Shown: one piece after another, positions 36,734 to 48,342 of the stretch
How positions within the stretch are numbered: position 1 is the stretch's first letter
Layout of the letters: the number at the start of each line of letters is the position of its first letter
NCBI GenBank assembly: GCA_043718445.1
Contig: JAYSVR010000216.1
Span: 1-53,195, forward strand
Length of the DNA stretch: 53,195 bases
Direction: 5' to 3'
DNA from: Acidobacteriota bacterium
GTDB lineage: Bacteria > Acidobacteriota > Blastocatellia > RBC074
Notes under the pieces: model-generated
Told to the model about the DNA's origin: nothing
Seen by the model: only the letters and a program-made list of their open reading frames with translations
The model's database searches: none
Program-made: the position numbers and the translations under genes

Positions 36734-39700
36734 TTACCACAACAATTTCAAAGCAAACTGAATCTGCCGTGGCGAGTTTGCCTGTCCGGTGATTTGCCCA
36801 AACGTCGTCGAAGTCACGCTCGTGTTCGGCGAGCCAAACCTTGGCGTATTAAACGCATTCAGCGCCTCGACGCGAAATTGCACTTTCATCTTTTCGATAG
36901 CCTGGAATTCTTTGAACACCGAAAGGTCGAAAGCGCGCAGCGCGTCGTTGCGCAAGTTTACCGTAGCCCCTGCGTTGCCGAACGTGAAAGCCGCCGGTTG
37001 GGTATAAACGCTCGTGTCGAAATATTTCGCCAAGCGTTCGTCAACCTTGCCGCTTAGACGCGGGTCATTACCATTCGTATTCGGCCTGGTCAGCGGATTG
37101 AACAAGCCCGCCGTATTATTCGCCGTGATGCTCAACGGCGTACCCGATTGAAACGTAGTGATGCCGTTGAATTGCCAGCCGCCGATCATTGTGTTGACCA
37201 CACTGTGAACGCCGCTGCCAAAACGCCGTCCTTTGCCGAAAGGCAACTCATAGAGATAGCTGACGACAAAACGATGCGCGATGTCTATGTCAGCCAGCGA
37301 GCGGCTTTGCCGAATGTTATAGCTATCCTGATGGTTCAAGCTCTCTTCGATGTTCTTGCCCCAAGTGTAATTGCCGTCAATCATCAGTCCTTTCGCCAGC
37401 CGTTTGCCGAACGTCACTTGCAAGGCGTGGTAGTTCGACGAGTTGCCGCTTGAGTACAACGGAATGATGCTGGTGAATTGCGGATAAGGCCGCAACAACT
37501 GGCCGCGCGCAATCGTCCGCGAAGTGAAAAAGCCGCCCGTACCCAAACCGAAAAACGGATTCGGCACGGCTTGGTTCAACGCTGAACCGAGCGCGAGATG
37601 TTTCGGATCAAGTTGATTTAAATCCAAACCGCCTTCGCCGTTGCGCGAAAGTTGCAAGCCGCGCGTGCCGACATACGCGACTTCCAGATTCACTTGCCAG
37701 GGCAGCGTGCGTTGAACGTTGACGTTCCATTGTTGCGCCCACGGCGTCACGGTGTCTTGCAACACCGATTGCAGGTTGGCTCCGGCTTGGGTCAATAAAC
37801 CGTCAGCCGCGCCTGGCAAGCCGCGAAAGCCGTTCGGATAAGGATTGCGCAACAAATTGACCGGCGTAATGCCGTCGGTCGTCGTTAACCACGGATATTC
37901 GGTGCGGAAGCCGAACGGCCCAACCGTACCCTGCGCCCCCTGGTTCGACGGGCCGAATATGTGCGCATAGCCCGCGCGAATCACCGTCTTGTCATTGAAC
38001 TGATATGCCAGTCCCAAACGCGGCGCGAGGTTGTTGGTGTCTTTGAAATATTGATGGCGCGGGTTGCCATTGACGCCGACGAAAGCTACGCCGCCTTTCA
38101 AGTTGGGGAATTCCGTCTGCCGCGAAGCGAGCGGCGAAACCGCGTTCGGGTCGAAATAATTCATGCGGTTATAACGTTCGGTGCGCGGCGCGTCGTAGTC
38201 ATATCGCAAGCCCAGGTTGAGCGTCAGCTTGCTCGTGATACGCCAATCGTCTTGCACATACCCTGCATAATAAAAACTTTGCGACGCGACGTTCTTCCAG
38301 CCCTGAATCAGCACGTTACCTGTGCCACCCGTGCCGAGCAAAAACGAGGCGAATCCATAACCAGCCGAACTACTCGCCGTATTCGGATTCGGCCCTTGCG
38401 TCATGCCGGCGTTGAAATTGAACTGCCCGGCATTACGCGCTTCCCACACGTTGACGCGAATCAACCGCACTTCGCCGCCATACTTCCAATTGTGTTTGCC
38501 TTGCGAGCGCGTGAGTGTGGCGATAAACGGATAGCTCATAAACGCATTGAAACGATGATCGTTGCCGCCCAAACTGGTTTGTCCGGCGACGCCGACGGCA
38601 GGAAACATCTGACGATCAACTACGCCATCAATCGCGGTAGACAAGCCCAAACTCGAAGGTTTGAAACCCAAACCCTGATTCGAGAATACGAACAACGTAC
38701 GCGCAAAGCCGAGGCGTCCGGTAAAAACCGTCGAAGGCGAAAGCGTGTGCGTATATTCGGCAACAAAGTTACGCGCGCGGTTTTCCTGAATCACGCGGCC
38801 TTCGGCAATCGTGAGGTTTTCAGCGAAAGCCTTGAGCGGCACATCGTTGGTATAACGATGCGAATAGCGCGCAAAGAAGGTTTGCGTCTCAGAGATGCGG
38901 TGATCAATGCGACCATCGAAATTGTCTAGATTGATTTGCGTCGAACCCGAAGCGAGATAGTTATTCGCGCCCGTGCCCGCATCGCCCGGCTGATTCGGGA
39001 GCGGATAAAATTTCATGATGTTCAGCGCTACTGGGTCAAACATTGATACCGGAATCTTGTTTTCCGCAAACTGATCGCGGACGAAGGCCGTGCCGCTCGC
39101 GCGCGTCGTGAACGGATTGAAGACGCGAATCAATGCGCCCGCCTGATTGAATGTTTTAGAGAAATCGCCAGCGCGCTGTTCGACCGTCGGCACCGTGCGC
39201 AACGAACGCGCAAAGCTGCGCGCGCGCAAGCCTTCATACGAACCCATGAAAAATGTTTTGTCTTTGCGAATCGGTCCAGTCGCGTGTCCGCCGAACTGGC
39301 TGCGTTTGAAACTGCCGAGCGGACGACCCGCGCGATTCTCAAACCAGTTGTTCGCGTCGAAAACCGAATTGCGCAAGAACTCATACGCCGAACCGTGCAA
39401 TTGATTCGTACCCGATTTGAAAACTACGTTAAGCACGCTGCCCAGACTGCGACCGAACTCAGCCGGATAAGTCGCGCCCATCACTTTGAATTCCTGAATC
39501 GCGTCAACCGACGGAAAAACCGAAATGCCGGTGAAGCCGTTGACCGTCGGGAACGAAGCCGTCACGCCGTCAATGACTGTATCCATCATCGTCGGACGCG
39601 CGCCGTTCACCGAATAATTCATCTGGTTGTAATTGTTGCCGATGCCACCCGACACGCCCGGCGTCAGGTAAATCAGCGAATAGACGTTGCGCGAGTTGAG

Positions 39701-40144
39701 CGGCAATTCGAGGATGCGTTTGTTGTCTACGACCTTGCCCAGCGCCGAAGTCGTAGTTTCGAGCAAAGGTTGTTGCGAATTGATTTCGACGGTTTCGCTG
39801 ACCGCGCCGACTTCGAGTGCGAAATCCGCAGTCAGGGTTTGTTGCACCTGCAACGTGATGTCGTTGCGGACGGCGCGACGAAAGCCGGTGGCTTTGGCTT
39901 CGAGGCGATAAAGCCCGACAGTCAAAGGCGGCGACGTGTAATAGCCGCTGCCATTCGTCGTCACCGTGAAACTCTGATTGGTTTGCACTTGCGTGATGAT
40001 GATTTCGGCGTTGGCGATAACTTCGCCATTGGCGTTTTTGACGGTGCCGACAAAGGCTCCGGTGAACGATTGCGCTAAGGCGACGTAGCTCATAAAAGCC
40101 AACGCGGCGCAAAGCGATAAAACGAAATGGTGGCGGTGCTTCAT
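36734..40144 (-). CDS. TonB-dependent receptor 3 (Oar-like)
   Basis: Start MKHRHHF at 40144 with GGAGG RBS; LELPLNSRN and DAIQEFKV...PAEFGRS plug motifs; C-terminal [12 protein letters not shown]. Confidence 0.92.
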   Translation of the reverse strand: MKHRHHFVLSLCAALAFMSYVALAQSFTGAFVGTVKNANGEVIANAEIIITQVQTNQSFTVTTNGSGYYTSPPLTVGLYRLEAKATGFRRAVRNDITLQVQQTLTADFALEVGAVSETVEINSQQPLLETTTSALGKVVDNKRILELPLNSRNVYSLIYLTPGVSGGIGNNYNQMNYSVNGARPTMMDTVIDGVTASFPTVNGFTGISVFPSVDAIQEFKVMGATYPAEFGRSLGSVLNVVFKSGTNQLHGSAYEFLRNSVFDANNWFENRAGRPLGSFKRSQFGGHATGPIRKDKTFFMGSYEGLRARSFARSLRTVPTVEQRAGDFSKTFNQAGALIRVFNPFTTRASGTAFVRDQFAENKIPVSMFDPVALNIMKFYPLPNQPGDAGTGANNYLASGSTQINLDNFDGRIDHRISETQTFFARYSHRYTNDVPLKAFAENLTIAEGRVIQENRARNFVAEYTHTLSPSTVFTGRLGFARTLFVFSNQGLGFKPSSLGLSTAIDGVVDRQMFPAVGVAGQTSLGGNDHRFNAFMSYPFIATLTRSQGKHNWKYGGEVRLIRVNVWEARNAGQFNFNAGMTQGPNPNTASSSAGYGFASFLLGTGGTGNVLIQGWKNVASQSFYYAGYVQDDWRITSKLTLNLGLRYDYDAPRTERYNRMNYFDPNAVSPLASRQTEFPNLKGGVAFVGVNGNPRHQYFKDTNNLAPRLGLAYQFNDKTVIRAGYAHIFGPSNQGAQGTVGPFGFRTEYPWLTTTDGITPVNLLRNPYPNGFRGLPGAADGLLTQAGANLQSVLQDTVTPWAQQWNVNVQRTLPWQVNLEVAYVGTRGLQLSRNGEGGLDLNQLDPKHLALGSALNQAVPNPFFGLGTGGFFTSRTIARGQLLRPYPQFTSIIPLYSSGNSSNYHALQVTFGKRLAKGLMIDGNYTWGKNIEESLNHQDSYNIRQSRSLADIDIAHRFVVSYLYELPFGKGRRFGSGVHSVVNTMIGGWQFNGITTFQSGTPLSITANNTAGLFNPLTRPNTNGNDPRLSGKVDERLAKYFDTSVYTQPAAFTFGNAGATVNLRNDALRAFDLSVFKEFQAIEKMKVQFRVEALNAFNTPRFGSPNTSVTSTTFGQITGQANSPRQIQFALKLLW

Positions 40145-40266
40145 CGAAAACCTCCGGTGATGGTTCCTTGGGAGAACGAATTGTTGTTGTGTCGTAAAGG
40201 TAGTTGTAACGCTGGAAAAATTGCAGCCGAAGTATGCGCCACTCAACTGCGATTCGTCCATACCGC

Positions 40267-40458
40267 CACTTAAGTGAAGCCTGTGCAAATGAAACAATAA
40301 CTTGGGTCGGCGCAGCTTGTGGAGTGCGGCGGCTTTGACGCCGCTTTCCCAAGTCTCCGCGTTGGGCGCGCTCAGGACGGTGTGTGAAAGCGGCGTCAAA
40401 GCCGCGGCGCTTCACAGGCTTCGCCTTTCTCGAATTACGCACAGGCTTCAATTAAGTG
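40267..40458. mobile_element. MITE-like element with 20-bp terminal inverted repeats enclosing a REP-like pair
   Basis: TIRs cacttaagtgaagcctgtgc / gcacaggcttcaattaagtg (19 of 20 match). Internal gcggctttgacgccgcttt / aaagcggcgtcaaagccgc pair. No transposase in the window. Confidence 0.6.
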
Positions 40459-40538
40459 ATTTGATTGCCTGATTTGAGGCATCTGGCTTATTGTGTGCCG
40501 CCTTCAAAAAACGCATTACCATTTCAAAGGAGACCTCG

Positions 40539-41711
40539 ATGAAACATTGCACAATGAGACATTGGCTTTACGCCGTGTTGAGCGGGCTGTTGCTGACCCT
40601 CAACATCCAAGCAACCGAGACCAGCAAAGCCGTCGTCATTTATGACGACAAGGCAACTGACGTGAGCGCAGCCAAGCTGCCCACCGCCAAGCCGAATGAT
40701 TTATGGATCACGTTGGCGGATCTGAAAGCGGCGACCGGATTCGTCAACAAGCCGCAAGGCGTTTGCCGCGAAGAGCTTTGCTTCCCGCTGCCGAAAAAAC
40801 AGCGCGCCGCGTTTTTGCAAACCCAGAGCAAAACGACGTGGTTCAATTTGACGGAGTTCGCGCGCTTGCTCAAACAGCCCGTAGCGCACGACGACGCACT
40901 CGCTACCTGGTATTTCGGACAACGCTCAGAAGTGCAAAACAGCTTCACGCAAAATTTCAAAGCGCCGAATTTCACCTTGCCTGATAAGAACGGCAAGCTG
41001 CATTCGCTGTCAGATTTTCGCGGCAAGAAAGTGCTGATCGTGACGTGGGCTTCGTGGTGAGGTTGCCGTGCTGACCTGCCAGGCTGGCAGACCATTTATA
41101 GCGAACTCAAAAATCAAAACTTCGAAATCATCTCGGTCGCCGAAGACACCGGCGGACTCAAAGCCGCACTGCCGTGGATCGAAGCGGGCAAGGCTGATTA
41201 CACGGTGCTGGTTGACAAGCAACATGTGGTGACGCGCCTTTACGACATGCTTAACGTCCCGACCGCCGTTTGGATCAATGAACAAGGCCGCATCGTGCGT
41301 CCCAACGAAGTCGCTTATTCCAACAACAAAGGGATAGGCATCACCAAAGTTGACACCGAACCGTGGATCAACGGCTTGCGCGATTGGGTCAAGCTCGGCG
41401 ACAAAAGTGCGTTTGCGATGAGCGAAGCCGAGTTGCGAGAACGCTTGAAACCGCAAAATCCTGATTGGGCATTGGCTTCGGCTGAATTCGGTTTGGCCGA
41501 ATATCTTTATCAAACTGATAAAGGCGAAGCTGCGATTCCGCATTACAAAGAAGCGCAACGTCTGAACCCCGAAAGCTGGAATTTCAAGCGGCAGGCGTGG
41601 GCCTTGTCGAGCGCCAAAGACAAATACGGCACATCGTTTAACGACGAAGTGAAGAAGCTGAACGGCAAGCCTTATTACGAACCGCATCGGTTGCCGCCGG
41701 TCAAAAAATAA
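40539..41711 (+). CDS. Selenocysteine-containing thioredoxin-fold (ResA/TlpA-like WAxxUGC) protein with signal peptide, 390 aa
   Basis: ORFs 40491-41060 and 41205-41711 share a frame. Reading through TGA 41058-41060 gives TWASW-U-GCRADLPGWQTIYSELKNQNFEIISVAED with no further stop. AAGGAG RBS before ATG 40539. Confidence 0.9.
41061..41093 (+). promoter_or_regulatory. Bacterial SECIS-like hairpin
   Basis: Stem ctgcca (41076-81) / tggcag (41085-90) with a G-containing loop GGC starting 21 nt after the UGA; lower pairing ggt/acc is possible. Confidence 0.7.
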
Positions 41712-41734
41712 CCAGTAGCAAAACACTCAACGCC

Positions 41735-41776
41735 AAGGGGCAAAGCATCAACGAGTGCTTTGTCCCTTTCGTTTTT
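41735..41776 (+). terminator. Intrinsic terminator after the selenoprotein gene
   Basis: aaggggcaaagca / tgctttgtccctt stem followed by tcgttttt. Confidence 0.65.
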
Positions 41777-41881
41777 ATTCCCACGCTTTGGTTGAGAATC
41801 GCTTGCACGGTTCGCGCACCGGTCGCTTAAAATGCCTGCGCCTTCGGTGAATGAATTTTTCTTTTTGCGGATAACCAAATC

Positions 41882-44563
41882 ATGACAACTCGATTCAAAC
41901 TAATAGCTGTGTTGACGGCTGCCTTGAGCGGCTGGTGGGCGTTGCATCCGCACACCCCAAACGCGAGCAGTGCGATGGTTCCGCGCGCTTTTCTCGAAGC
42001 CAATTGCTTCGCCTGTCACAACAGCACCAACAAAAAAGCCGGGATCGATCTGACCGCGCTCAAAGACGATTACGCCGACGCGGCGACCTTCGCCACGTGG
42101 GTGAAAGTACATGACCGCGTGTATGAAAACGAAATGCCGCCCAAGCAAGCTCCGCAACCCGACCAGTCAGAACGCGCAGCCTTTCTCAAACAACTCGCGC
42201 AACCAATGATCGCCGCTGACGCCGCGCGCATCCGTCGCGAAGGCCGCGCAGTGTGGCGACGCATGAATCGCTATGAATATGAAAACACCTTGCGCGATTT
42301 GCTCGACGCGCCGTGGTTGCAAGTCAAAGAGATGTTGCCCGAAGACGGTGAAGCCAATCGTTTCAACAAGTCCGGCACGGCGCTCGGCGTCTCGCACGTA
42401 CAAATCAGTCGCTATCTGACGGCGGCGGAATACGCTTTGCGCGAAGTCATCGTGCGTTCAGAAAAACAGCCTGAAGCAATCACCAAACGTTATTACGCCC
42501 GCGAACAGCGCGCTTTCACCGGCCACGTAGAGTTTTCGCAATTCAACACCGCGTCTGAACGCGCTACGTTCCCGCTGCTTGGCAATTCCGCCGATGTCGC
42601 CGTGCTGAAAAAAGAATCACCGATGACCGTCGGCGATAAAGACCCCGCCAAACGCGAACTCGAAAGCATGGGCGTCGTAGCCAGTTCTTATGAACCGCTC
42701 GAAATTCGTTTCAATCAATTCAAAGCCAAAGTGCCAGGCCGTTACAAGCTGCGTTTGAGCGCGCATTCGTTCTGGGCGGGGCCGCAAGCAGGCGAGAAAT
42801 GGTGGCATCCCAGCCGCGATGTCGCTTCAGCCGGTCGCACCCGCGAACCGATTACGCTGTATGCTGAAATCCCGCCGCGCCAGATGCGCTATCTCACCAA
42901 CGTAGACGTGTCGCCCGAACCTTCGGTGCAGGAAGTCGAAGTCTGGTTGCTGAAAGACGAAACGATTCGGCCTGACGCCGTGCGGCTGTTTCGCTCGCGC
43001 CCGCCCAACTGGCGCAATCCGCTGGCCGAGAAAGATGGTCAGCCCGGCGTAGCCTTTCGCTGGCTCGAAGTCGTCGGGCCGATTCACGATCAATGGCCTG
43101 CTAAAGGCCATCGTTTGCTGTTTGGCGAGTTGCCGATTCATTGCAAAGACGCGCTGGCGGGACAGACGTTGCTCGACATCGAAGACGAAGAAACCGCCGT
43201 TGAGCAAGCCGCCCAACGCGCGAAAAATCCCAATCAAAAGCTGACGAAAATTTGTGGCGTGAAATCAAACAACCCACACGCCGATGCTGAAAAGCTATTG
43301 CGCAATTTTTTGCAACGCGCTTATCGCAACCCGCTCGCGCCCGTCATCGAAGAAGACACGCAACGCTTTCTGAAAATTTTTGACGCCGCGCACAAAACCA
43401 GCGGCAGCTTTTCTGAAGCAATGATTACGGCCTATTCCGCCGTGCTGTGTTCGCCCGCGTTCACGACGCTCGAAGAAAAACCCGGACGACTGGACGATCA
43501 CGCGCTGGCTGCGCGCTTGACCTATTTCCTCTGGAATTCAGCACCTGATGCAACCTTGCGCGAACTCGCGCAGCAAGGCGCATTGCGCAAGCCTGTCGTG
43601 TTGCGCACGCAAGTTGATCGCATGCTCAACGATGCCAAGTCGCAACGCTTTGTGAACGCGTTTCTGGATTATTGGCTTGATCTGCGCAAGGTGAATATCA
43701 CTTCGCCGGATGAGTTGCTTTACGCTGATTATTATCTTGATGACCATCTGGTCGAATCTGCCACGCTTGAGACGCGCCAGTTTTTTGCCGAACTCGTGCG
43801 CGGCGATTTGCCTGCGCGCAACGTGATCGCTTCTGATTTTGTCACGATTAACGAAAGGCTCGCGGCGCATTACGGCTTGCCGAATGTGCAAGGCTCACAG
43901 ATTCGCCGCGTTGCGTTGCCGCCCGATTCCATACGCGGCGGATTGCTCACGCAAGCCAGCGTACTCAAAGTCACCGCGAACGGCACGACCACTTCGCCCG
44001 TCGTGCGCGGCGCATGGATGATGGAACGCATCCTCGGCAAACCCGTACCGCCGCCGCCCGCTGGAGTAGCCGCTGTCGAACCGGATGTGCGCGGCGCTAC
44101 GACGATGCGACAGCAACTCGACCAACATCGTAATAACCCAAGCTGCAATGTCTGCCACGCGAAAATTGATCCGGCGGGTTTTGCGCTCGAAAACTTCGAC
44201 GTCTTCGGCGGCTGGCGCGACAAATACCGCGCATTGGCCGAAGGCGAAAAAGCCCAAGGCGTTGGCAAGAACGGACAAAAATTTGCCTTTCGTTATATTC
44301 AACCCGTAGACGCTTCAGGCTCGCTGCCTGATGGTCAGAAGTTTCAAGACGTGCGTGAGTTGAAACGCCTATTGCTCAAAGACGAACGGCAGATTGCGCG
44401 CAACCTGACCACGCAACTCATCGTCTTTGCGACCGGCGCGAGCGTGCAATTCAGCGACCGTCCGAAAGTCGAAGCTCTGCTTGATCGCGCTGCGAGCAAA
44501 GGCTATGGCGTGAAATCACTGATTCAGCTTATTATCGAAAGCGAGTTGTTTCGGAATAAGTAA
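41882..44563 (+). CDS. DUF1592/DUF1588/DUF1587/DUF1585/DUF1595 planctomycete-type cytochrome protein
   Basis: N-terminal CFACH; [16 protein letters not shown]; [14 protein letters not shown]; [25 protein letters not shown]; [17 protein letters not shown]. Confidence 0.92.
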   Translation: MTTRFKLIAVLTAALSGWWALHPHTPNASSAMVPRAFLEANCFACHNSTNKKAGIDLTALKDDYADAATFATWVKVHDRVYENEMPPKQAPQPDQSERAAFLKQLAQPMIAADAARIRREGRAVWRRMNRYEYENTLRDLLDAPWLQVKEMLPEDGEANRFNKSGTALGVSHVQISRYLTAAEYALREVIVRSEKQPEAITKRYYAREQRAFTGHVEFSQFNTASERATFPLLGNSADVAVLKKESPMTVGDKDPAKRELESMGVVASSYEPLEIRFNQFKAKVPGRYKLRLSAHSFWAGPQAGEKWWHPSRDVASAGRTREPITLYAEIPPRQMRYLTNVDVSPEPSVQEVEVWLLKDETIRPDAVRLFRSRPPNWRNPLAEKDGQPGVAFRWLEVVGPIHDQWPAKGHRLLFGELPIHCKDALAGQTLLDIEDEETAVEQAAQRAKNPNQKLTKICGVKSNNPHADAEKLLRNFLQRAYRNPLAPVIEEDTQRFLKIFDAAHKTSGSFSEAMITAYSAVLCSPAFTTLEEKPGRLDDHALAARLTYFLWNSAPDATLRELAQQGALRKPVVLRTQVDRMLNDAKSQRFVNAFLDYWLDLRKVNITSPDELLYADYYLDDHLVESATLETRQFFAELVRGDLPARNVIASDFVTINERLAAHYGLPNVQGSQIRRVALPPDSIRGGLLTQASVLKVTANGTTTSPVVRGAWMMERILGKPVPPPPAGVAAVEPDVRGATTMRQQLDQHRNNPSCNVCHAKIDPAGFALENFDVFGGWRDKYRALAEGEKAQGVGKNGQKFAFRYIQPVDASGSLPDGQKFQDVRELKRLLLKDERQIARNLTTQLIVFATGASVQFSDRPKVEALLDRAASKGYGVKSLIQLIIESELFRNK

Positions 44564-44579
44564 CCGGCAGGAAAAGTTT

Positions 44580-45179
44580 ATGAGTTACAGCGAATTCACG
44601 ATGGATGACCTGAAGACGAAATTTCATTTGAATTTCGTCCAGGATGAAGCCCTTTTTCCGGTTGTGCCTGAATATCCAATTTCTGCCGAACTGAGAAAGT
44701 ACCTCGTCACTTACGTTCCGTTGGCACTGGCGATAGACACCGAAAAAGCTCGGTCGGAATATATCGTGGCTCAGATTTTGGGTGAGTTAAAGATGAGCCA
44801 TCACGACGACATCAGCCTCTTTTCCGGTATTGAGTTCAATGTGGATAAGGAGCTAGGTTTGGTGGGAAGGTGCGACTACATCATTTCAAGGTCTGGCGAT
44901 CAATATTCGCTCTCAGCACCCATTGTCGTGATGGTAGAAGCCAAGAACGACAATATAAAAAGCGGCATCGCTCAATGCGGTGCGGAAATGCTGGCAGCAC
45001 AGAAATTCAATCAGCAAAAAAAGAATGAAGTGAGTTCTGTGTACGGTTGTGTCTCAACGGGAACCAACTGGAAGTTTCTGAAACTCAACGGAACCGATCT
45101 TTATATTGATGTCGTCGAGTATTACATTGATGCGCCGGAAAAAATCATGGGCATCCTTGCCAGTGTGATGGCGAGTTGA
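44580..45179 (+). CDS. PD-(D/E)XK restriction-endonuclease-like hypothetical protein
   Basis: TEKARSE, G.CDY, VEAK, QC.AEM.AA and YG.V.TG..W.FL pattern (HsdR-N-like fold by motif resemblance). Confidence 0.65.
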   Translation: MSYSEFTMDDLKTKFHLNFVQDEALFPVVPEYPISAELRKYLVTYVPLALAIDTEKARSEYIVAQILGELKMSHHDDISLFSGIEFNVDKELGLVGRCDYIISRSGDQYSLSAPIVVMVEAKNDNIKSGIAQCGAEMLAAQKFNQQKKNEVSSVYGCVSTGTNWKFLKLNGTDLYIDVVEYYIDAPEKIMGILASVMAS

Positions 45180-45204
45180 GACGGCTGCTCATTAACTCAA
45201 TCCG

Positions 45205-46254
45205 ATGAAATTCACCATCGCAAAATTTGTAGTAAGCGCATTGCTCATCACGGCTTGTTTGCTCAGCGTCGTGCCAGCACAGCAAACTGCCACGCAAAAA
45301 TATCTGATTTCAGTCGAGCGCATTTGGGAGCGCGCCCAGCACAATGCGTTCACTGATTTGGTCGAATTCAACGGCAAGCTCTATTGCACCTTTCGCGAAG
45401 GCTCGGCGCATGTGCCCGGCAAAGAAGGCGTGAATGGCACGATTCGTGTGATCGTTTCGGACGATGGGCAAAACTGGCGTTCGGTCGCGTTGCTGGCCGA
45501 AGCGACCTACGATTTGCGCGATCCGAAATTGTCGGTTACGCCCGATGGCCGCTTGATGGTGGTGGCGGGCGGGTCGTATTACGAAGGCGAATCGCGGCTG
45601 CATACCAAGATGTGGGTGACCTTTTCTGACAAGCTCGGCAAATCGTTTGGGCGTGTGCAACCGATGATCTTTGACGAAAAGGCGGCAGCAGTAGCGGGCT
45701 GGCTCTGGCGCGTGACGTGGCATCGCGGCATTGGTTACGGCGTAATGTATAACAGCGCGCCAGACCGCAACGACGCGCTGCTTTTGTCTACGCGGGATGG
45801 CGTGCATTTCCAAACGGTCACGCGGTTTGATTTGCAAGGAGCGCCCAACGAAACCGTGCTGCGCTTTTTGCCAAATGGCAATATGGTCGCGTGGGTGCGA
45901 CGCGACCGCGAATCGCAAAACGGCTTCATCGGCGTCAGCCGCGCGCCTTACACAGAATGGCAATGGAAAGAGCAACCCCGACGCGTCGGCGGGCCAGAAT
46001 TCATCGTCATGCCCAACGGCCAATTGATCGGCGCGGCGCGTTTATATTTGCCCGAAGGGAAAACGCGCACCGCTGTTGTCTCGCTCACGACCGATGGCAA
46101 GCTCGAACCGCTGTTGATGCTGCCCAGCGCCGGAGACAGCAGCTACGCGGGCATGGTCTTGCGCGGCGACAAATTGCTGTTGTCGTATTACGCGAGCCAC
46201 GAAGGCAAGACTTCGATTTATCTGGCTACGCTGAACGCCAAGGCGTTGCAATAG
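45205..46254 (+). CDS. Secreted sialidase/BNR (Asp-box) beta-propeller protein
   Basis: Signal peptide; HNAFTDL, FREG..H, Asp-box SDDGQNW, DLRDPKL, and GDSSY.G. Confidence 0.8.
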   Translation: MKFTIAKFVVSALLITACLLSVVPAQQTATQKYLISVERIWERAQHNAFTDLVEFNGKLYCTFREGSAHVPGKEGVNGTIRVIVSDDGQNWRSVALLAEATYDLRDPKLSVTPDGRLMVVAGGSYYEGESRLHTKMWVTFSDKLGKSFGRVQPMIFDEKAAAVAGWLWRVTWHRGIGYGVMYNSAPDRNDALLLSTRDGVHFQTVTRFDLQGAPNETVLRFLPNGNMVAWVRRDRESQNGFIGVSRAPYTEWQWKEQPRRVGGPEFIVMPNGQLIGAARLYLPEGKTRTAVVSLTTDGKLEPLLMLPSAGDSSYAGMVLRGDKLLLSYYASHEGKTSIYLATLNAKALQ

Positions 46255-46333
46255 TGAGTTATAGGTAAAGAACAAATCTAAGGTATAACGAATAAGTTGA
46301 TAAGTAGTTAAAAATTTCATCGCAGAGGGGAAA

Positions 46334-48130
46334 ATGACTGATATTTGTAAATTTACATCCGTTACATTTCGAAATTATAAAGCACTCAAGCAATACTCTG
46401 TTTCGCTTGACGCCTTTAATGTACTTGTTGGCCCAAACAATTCAGGGAAGTCAACAATCATTAGCGCATTTCGCATTCTTGCAGAAGGTATTAAAAAAGC
46501 AAAATCAAAAAAACCTGAATTCGTAAACCTGATCACTGAAGAATCTTGGGGCTATCGATTATCGCTAGCAGAGTTGCCAATTGCTACAGAAAATATATTT
46601 ACGAATTACGATGACTCCCAACAAGCACTAATAGAGTTTCGACTATCTAATGGCAATAAACTCAGCTTAGTGTTCCCTGAGCAAAATGTTTGTTACTTAA
46701 TATGTAGATCAAATGGTCGAACTGTGAAGTCACCGTCTGACTTTGAACGAGACTATAATGTTAGCGTCGGGTTTGTTCCAGTTTTGGGGCCTGTTGAGCA
46801 TAACGAGCCATTGTACCAAAAAGAAGCTGCAAGATTGGCTTTATTGACACACAGAGCATCAAGGAATTTTAGAAACATTTGGTACCACTATCCTGAGGGA
46901 TTTAATGAGTTTCGTGATTTAATCTCTTCGACTTGGCCCGGGATGGATATTGAACCGCCCACTATTGATCAAACTTCTGATAAGCCTATTCTGCATATGT
47001 TCTGCCCTGAGGAACGATTTCCAAGAGAGATATACTGGGGAGGATTTGGATTTCAAGTCTGGTGTCAGATGCTAACCTATATTGTTAGAGCCAAAAATGA
47101 CTCTATTCTTATCATTGATGAACCAGACATTTACCTACACTCTGATATTCAGAGGCAGCTTGTTAGCATATTAAAGTCTCTCGGCCCCGACATTGTTATT
47201 GCAACTCATTCAACTGAAATTATTTCTGAAGCTGACCCTGGAGATTTACTAATAATAAATAAAAAATCAAGATCTGCAAAAAGGATAAGCGACCTGAGTC
47301 AGCTACAGGCAGTTTTTGGCTTACTTGGGTCAAATCTAAATCCAATTTTGACGCAACTAGCAAAGTCAAAACGTGCAATTTTTGTTGAAGGGAAGGACTT
47401 TCAAATTCTATCTACTTTTGCGCGTATTATGGGGAAGCAATTTGTTGCGAACCGCTCTGATTTTGCGGTAATTCCCACTGACGGATTTAATCCACAAAAA
47501 ATCATTGATTTTTCAAACGGAATGGAGTTGACGCTTGGTGTGCCAATTATGAAGGGCGTAATTCTTGACAGAGACTATAGATCAAATGATGAAATTAAAG
47601 AAATTCATAAAAAACTAAAACAGACCGCTACATTTTCCCATATACACACTAGAAAAGAGCTTGAAAATTATTTATCAGTTCCAAGCACTTTGGACCGCGC
47701 CATAAATAAAAAAATTCTTGAATACAATAAAAGAAATGGGACGCAAATAAAGTTCAGTGAGACGTCAGAACTCATACTTACTTCATTAACTACTCCGCTT
47801 AAAAGCAAAATCAGCGGTCAGTATCTTTCGAAAGGTGCAATCTATGAAAAGCAGAAGGAGCCTGGCCTGGATCAGGCAACCATTACACAAATACTGCTTG
47901 ATAGATTTGAGGAGGCTTGGAGTGATATTGAAAGACGGCTTGAAATAATTCCAGGTAAAGATGTGTTATCCGCACTAAATACATATATTCAGGGACATTA
48001 TAAAGTTACACTCTCGCCAACATTTATAATTAAAGAAATGAGATATACAGAGATCCCGAATGAAATGATTGAGTTAATAGAGAAAATAGAAGCGTTTCGC
48101 CTACAATCGGCTACAAACAGCGATGAATGA
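46334..48130 (+). CDS. OLD-like ATP-dependent nuclease (ABC-type ATPase + TOPRIM), low GC
   Basis: Walker A GPNNSGKS, Walker B LIIDEPD, H-loop IATHS, TOPRIM FVEGKD and LDRD, and ELENY. One 60-nt spot count gave about 28% GC. Confidence 0.8.
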   Translation: MTDICKFTSVTFRNYKALKQYSVSLDAFNVLVGPNNSGKSTIISAFRILAEGIKKAKSKKPEFVNLITEESWGYRLSLAELPIATENIFTNYDDSQQALIEFRLSNGNKLSLVFPEQNVCYLICRSNGRTVKSPSDFERDYNVSVGFVPVLGPVEHNEPLYQKEAARLALLTHRASRNFRNIWYHYPEGFNEFRDLISSTWPGMDIEPPTIDQTSDKPILHMFCPEERFPREIYWGGFGFQVWCQMLTYIVRAKNDSILIIDEPDIYLHSDIQRQLVSILKSLGPDIVIATHSTEIISEADPGDLLIINKKSRSAKRISDLSQLQAVFGLLGSNLNPILTQLAKSKRAIFVEGKDFQILSTFARIMGKQFVANRSDFAVIPTDGFNPQKIIDFSNGMELTLGVPIMKGVILDRDYRSNDEIKEIHKKLKQTATFSHIHTRKELENYLSVPSTLDRAINKKILEYNKRNGTQIKFSETSELILTSLTTPLKSKISGQYLSKGAIYEKQKEPGLDQATITQILLDRFEEAWSDIERRLEIIPGKDVLSALNTYIQGHYKVTLSPTFIIKEMRYTEIPNEMIELIEKIEAFRLQSATNSDE

Positions 48131-48213
48131 CTTAAATATTTAAGTAGCTCGTATTATGTACACTTCTGAGCTTCAACCAAATTTACTCCGGTAAACATCA
48201 GGAAATTTAATTT

Positions 48214-48301
48214 ATGAAAGCACTCAACATTTCAACCCAAACTGAGCTTTCTCGCCGCAGCTTTTTTGCGCAAAGCCGGTGTCGCGTTCAGCTTGCCGTT
48301 G
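48214..48301 (+). pseudogene. Frameshifted, diverged copy of the first 29 codons of the DUF1552 gene
   Basis: Aligns to 49885-49971 with 69 of 87 identities (manual count) plus one extra T. Reads [29 protein letters not shown] versus [29 protein letters not shown]. Confidence 0.85.
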
Positions 48302-48342
48302 AGCAAGGTTAATCCGGTAAATTAAATATAAGGGAGATTCCC

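Noticed and set aside
40145-40399. N-terminal extensions from the ORF track (also 21391-21444, 26739-26903, 14213-14386)
   Set aside because: Downstream ATGs have an RBS and begin signal peptides; the extensions run through repeats or neighbouring genes.
40491-41711. Interpretation as two genes or as a nonsense pseudogene
   Set aside because: The stop is TGA at the catalytic Cys position, the frame is continuous, and a SECIS-like hairpin follows, so Sec recoding is the better explanation.
45177-45205. Possible read-through of TGA 45177-45179 into the sialidase-like gene
   Set aside because: The next gene is in a different frame, and there is no SECIS-like hairpin or redox motif.
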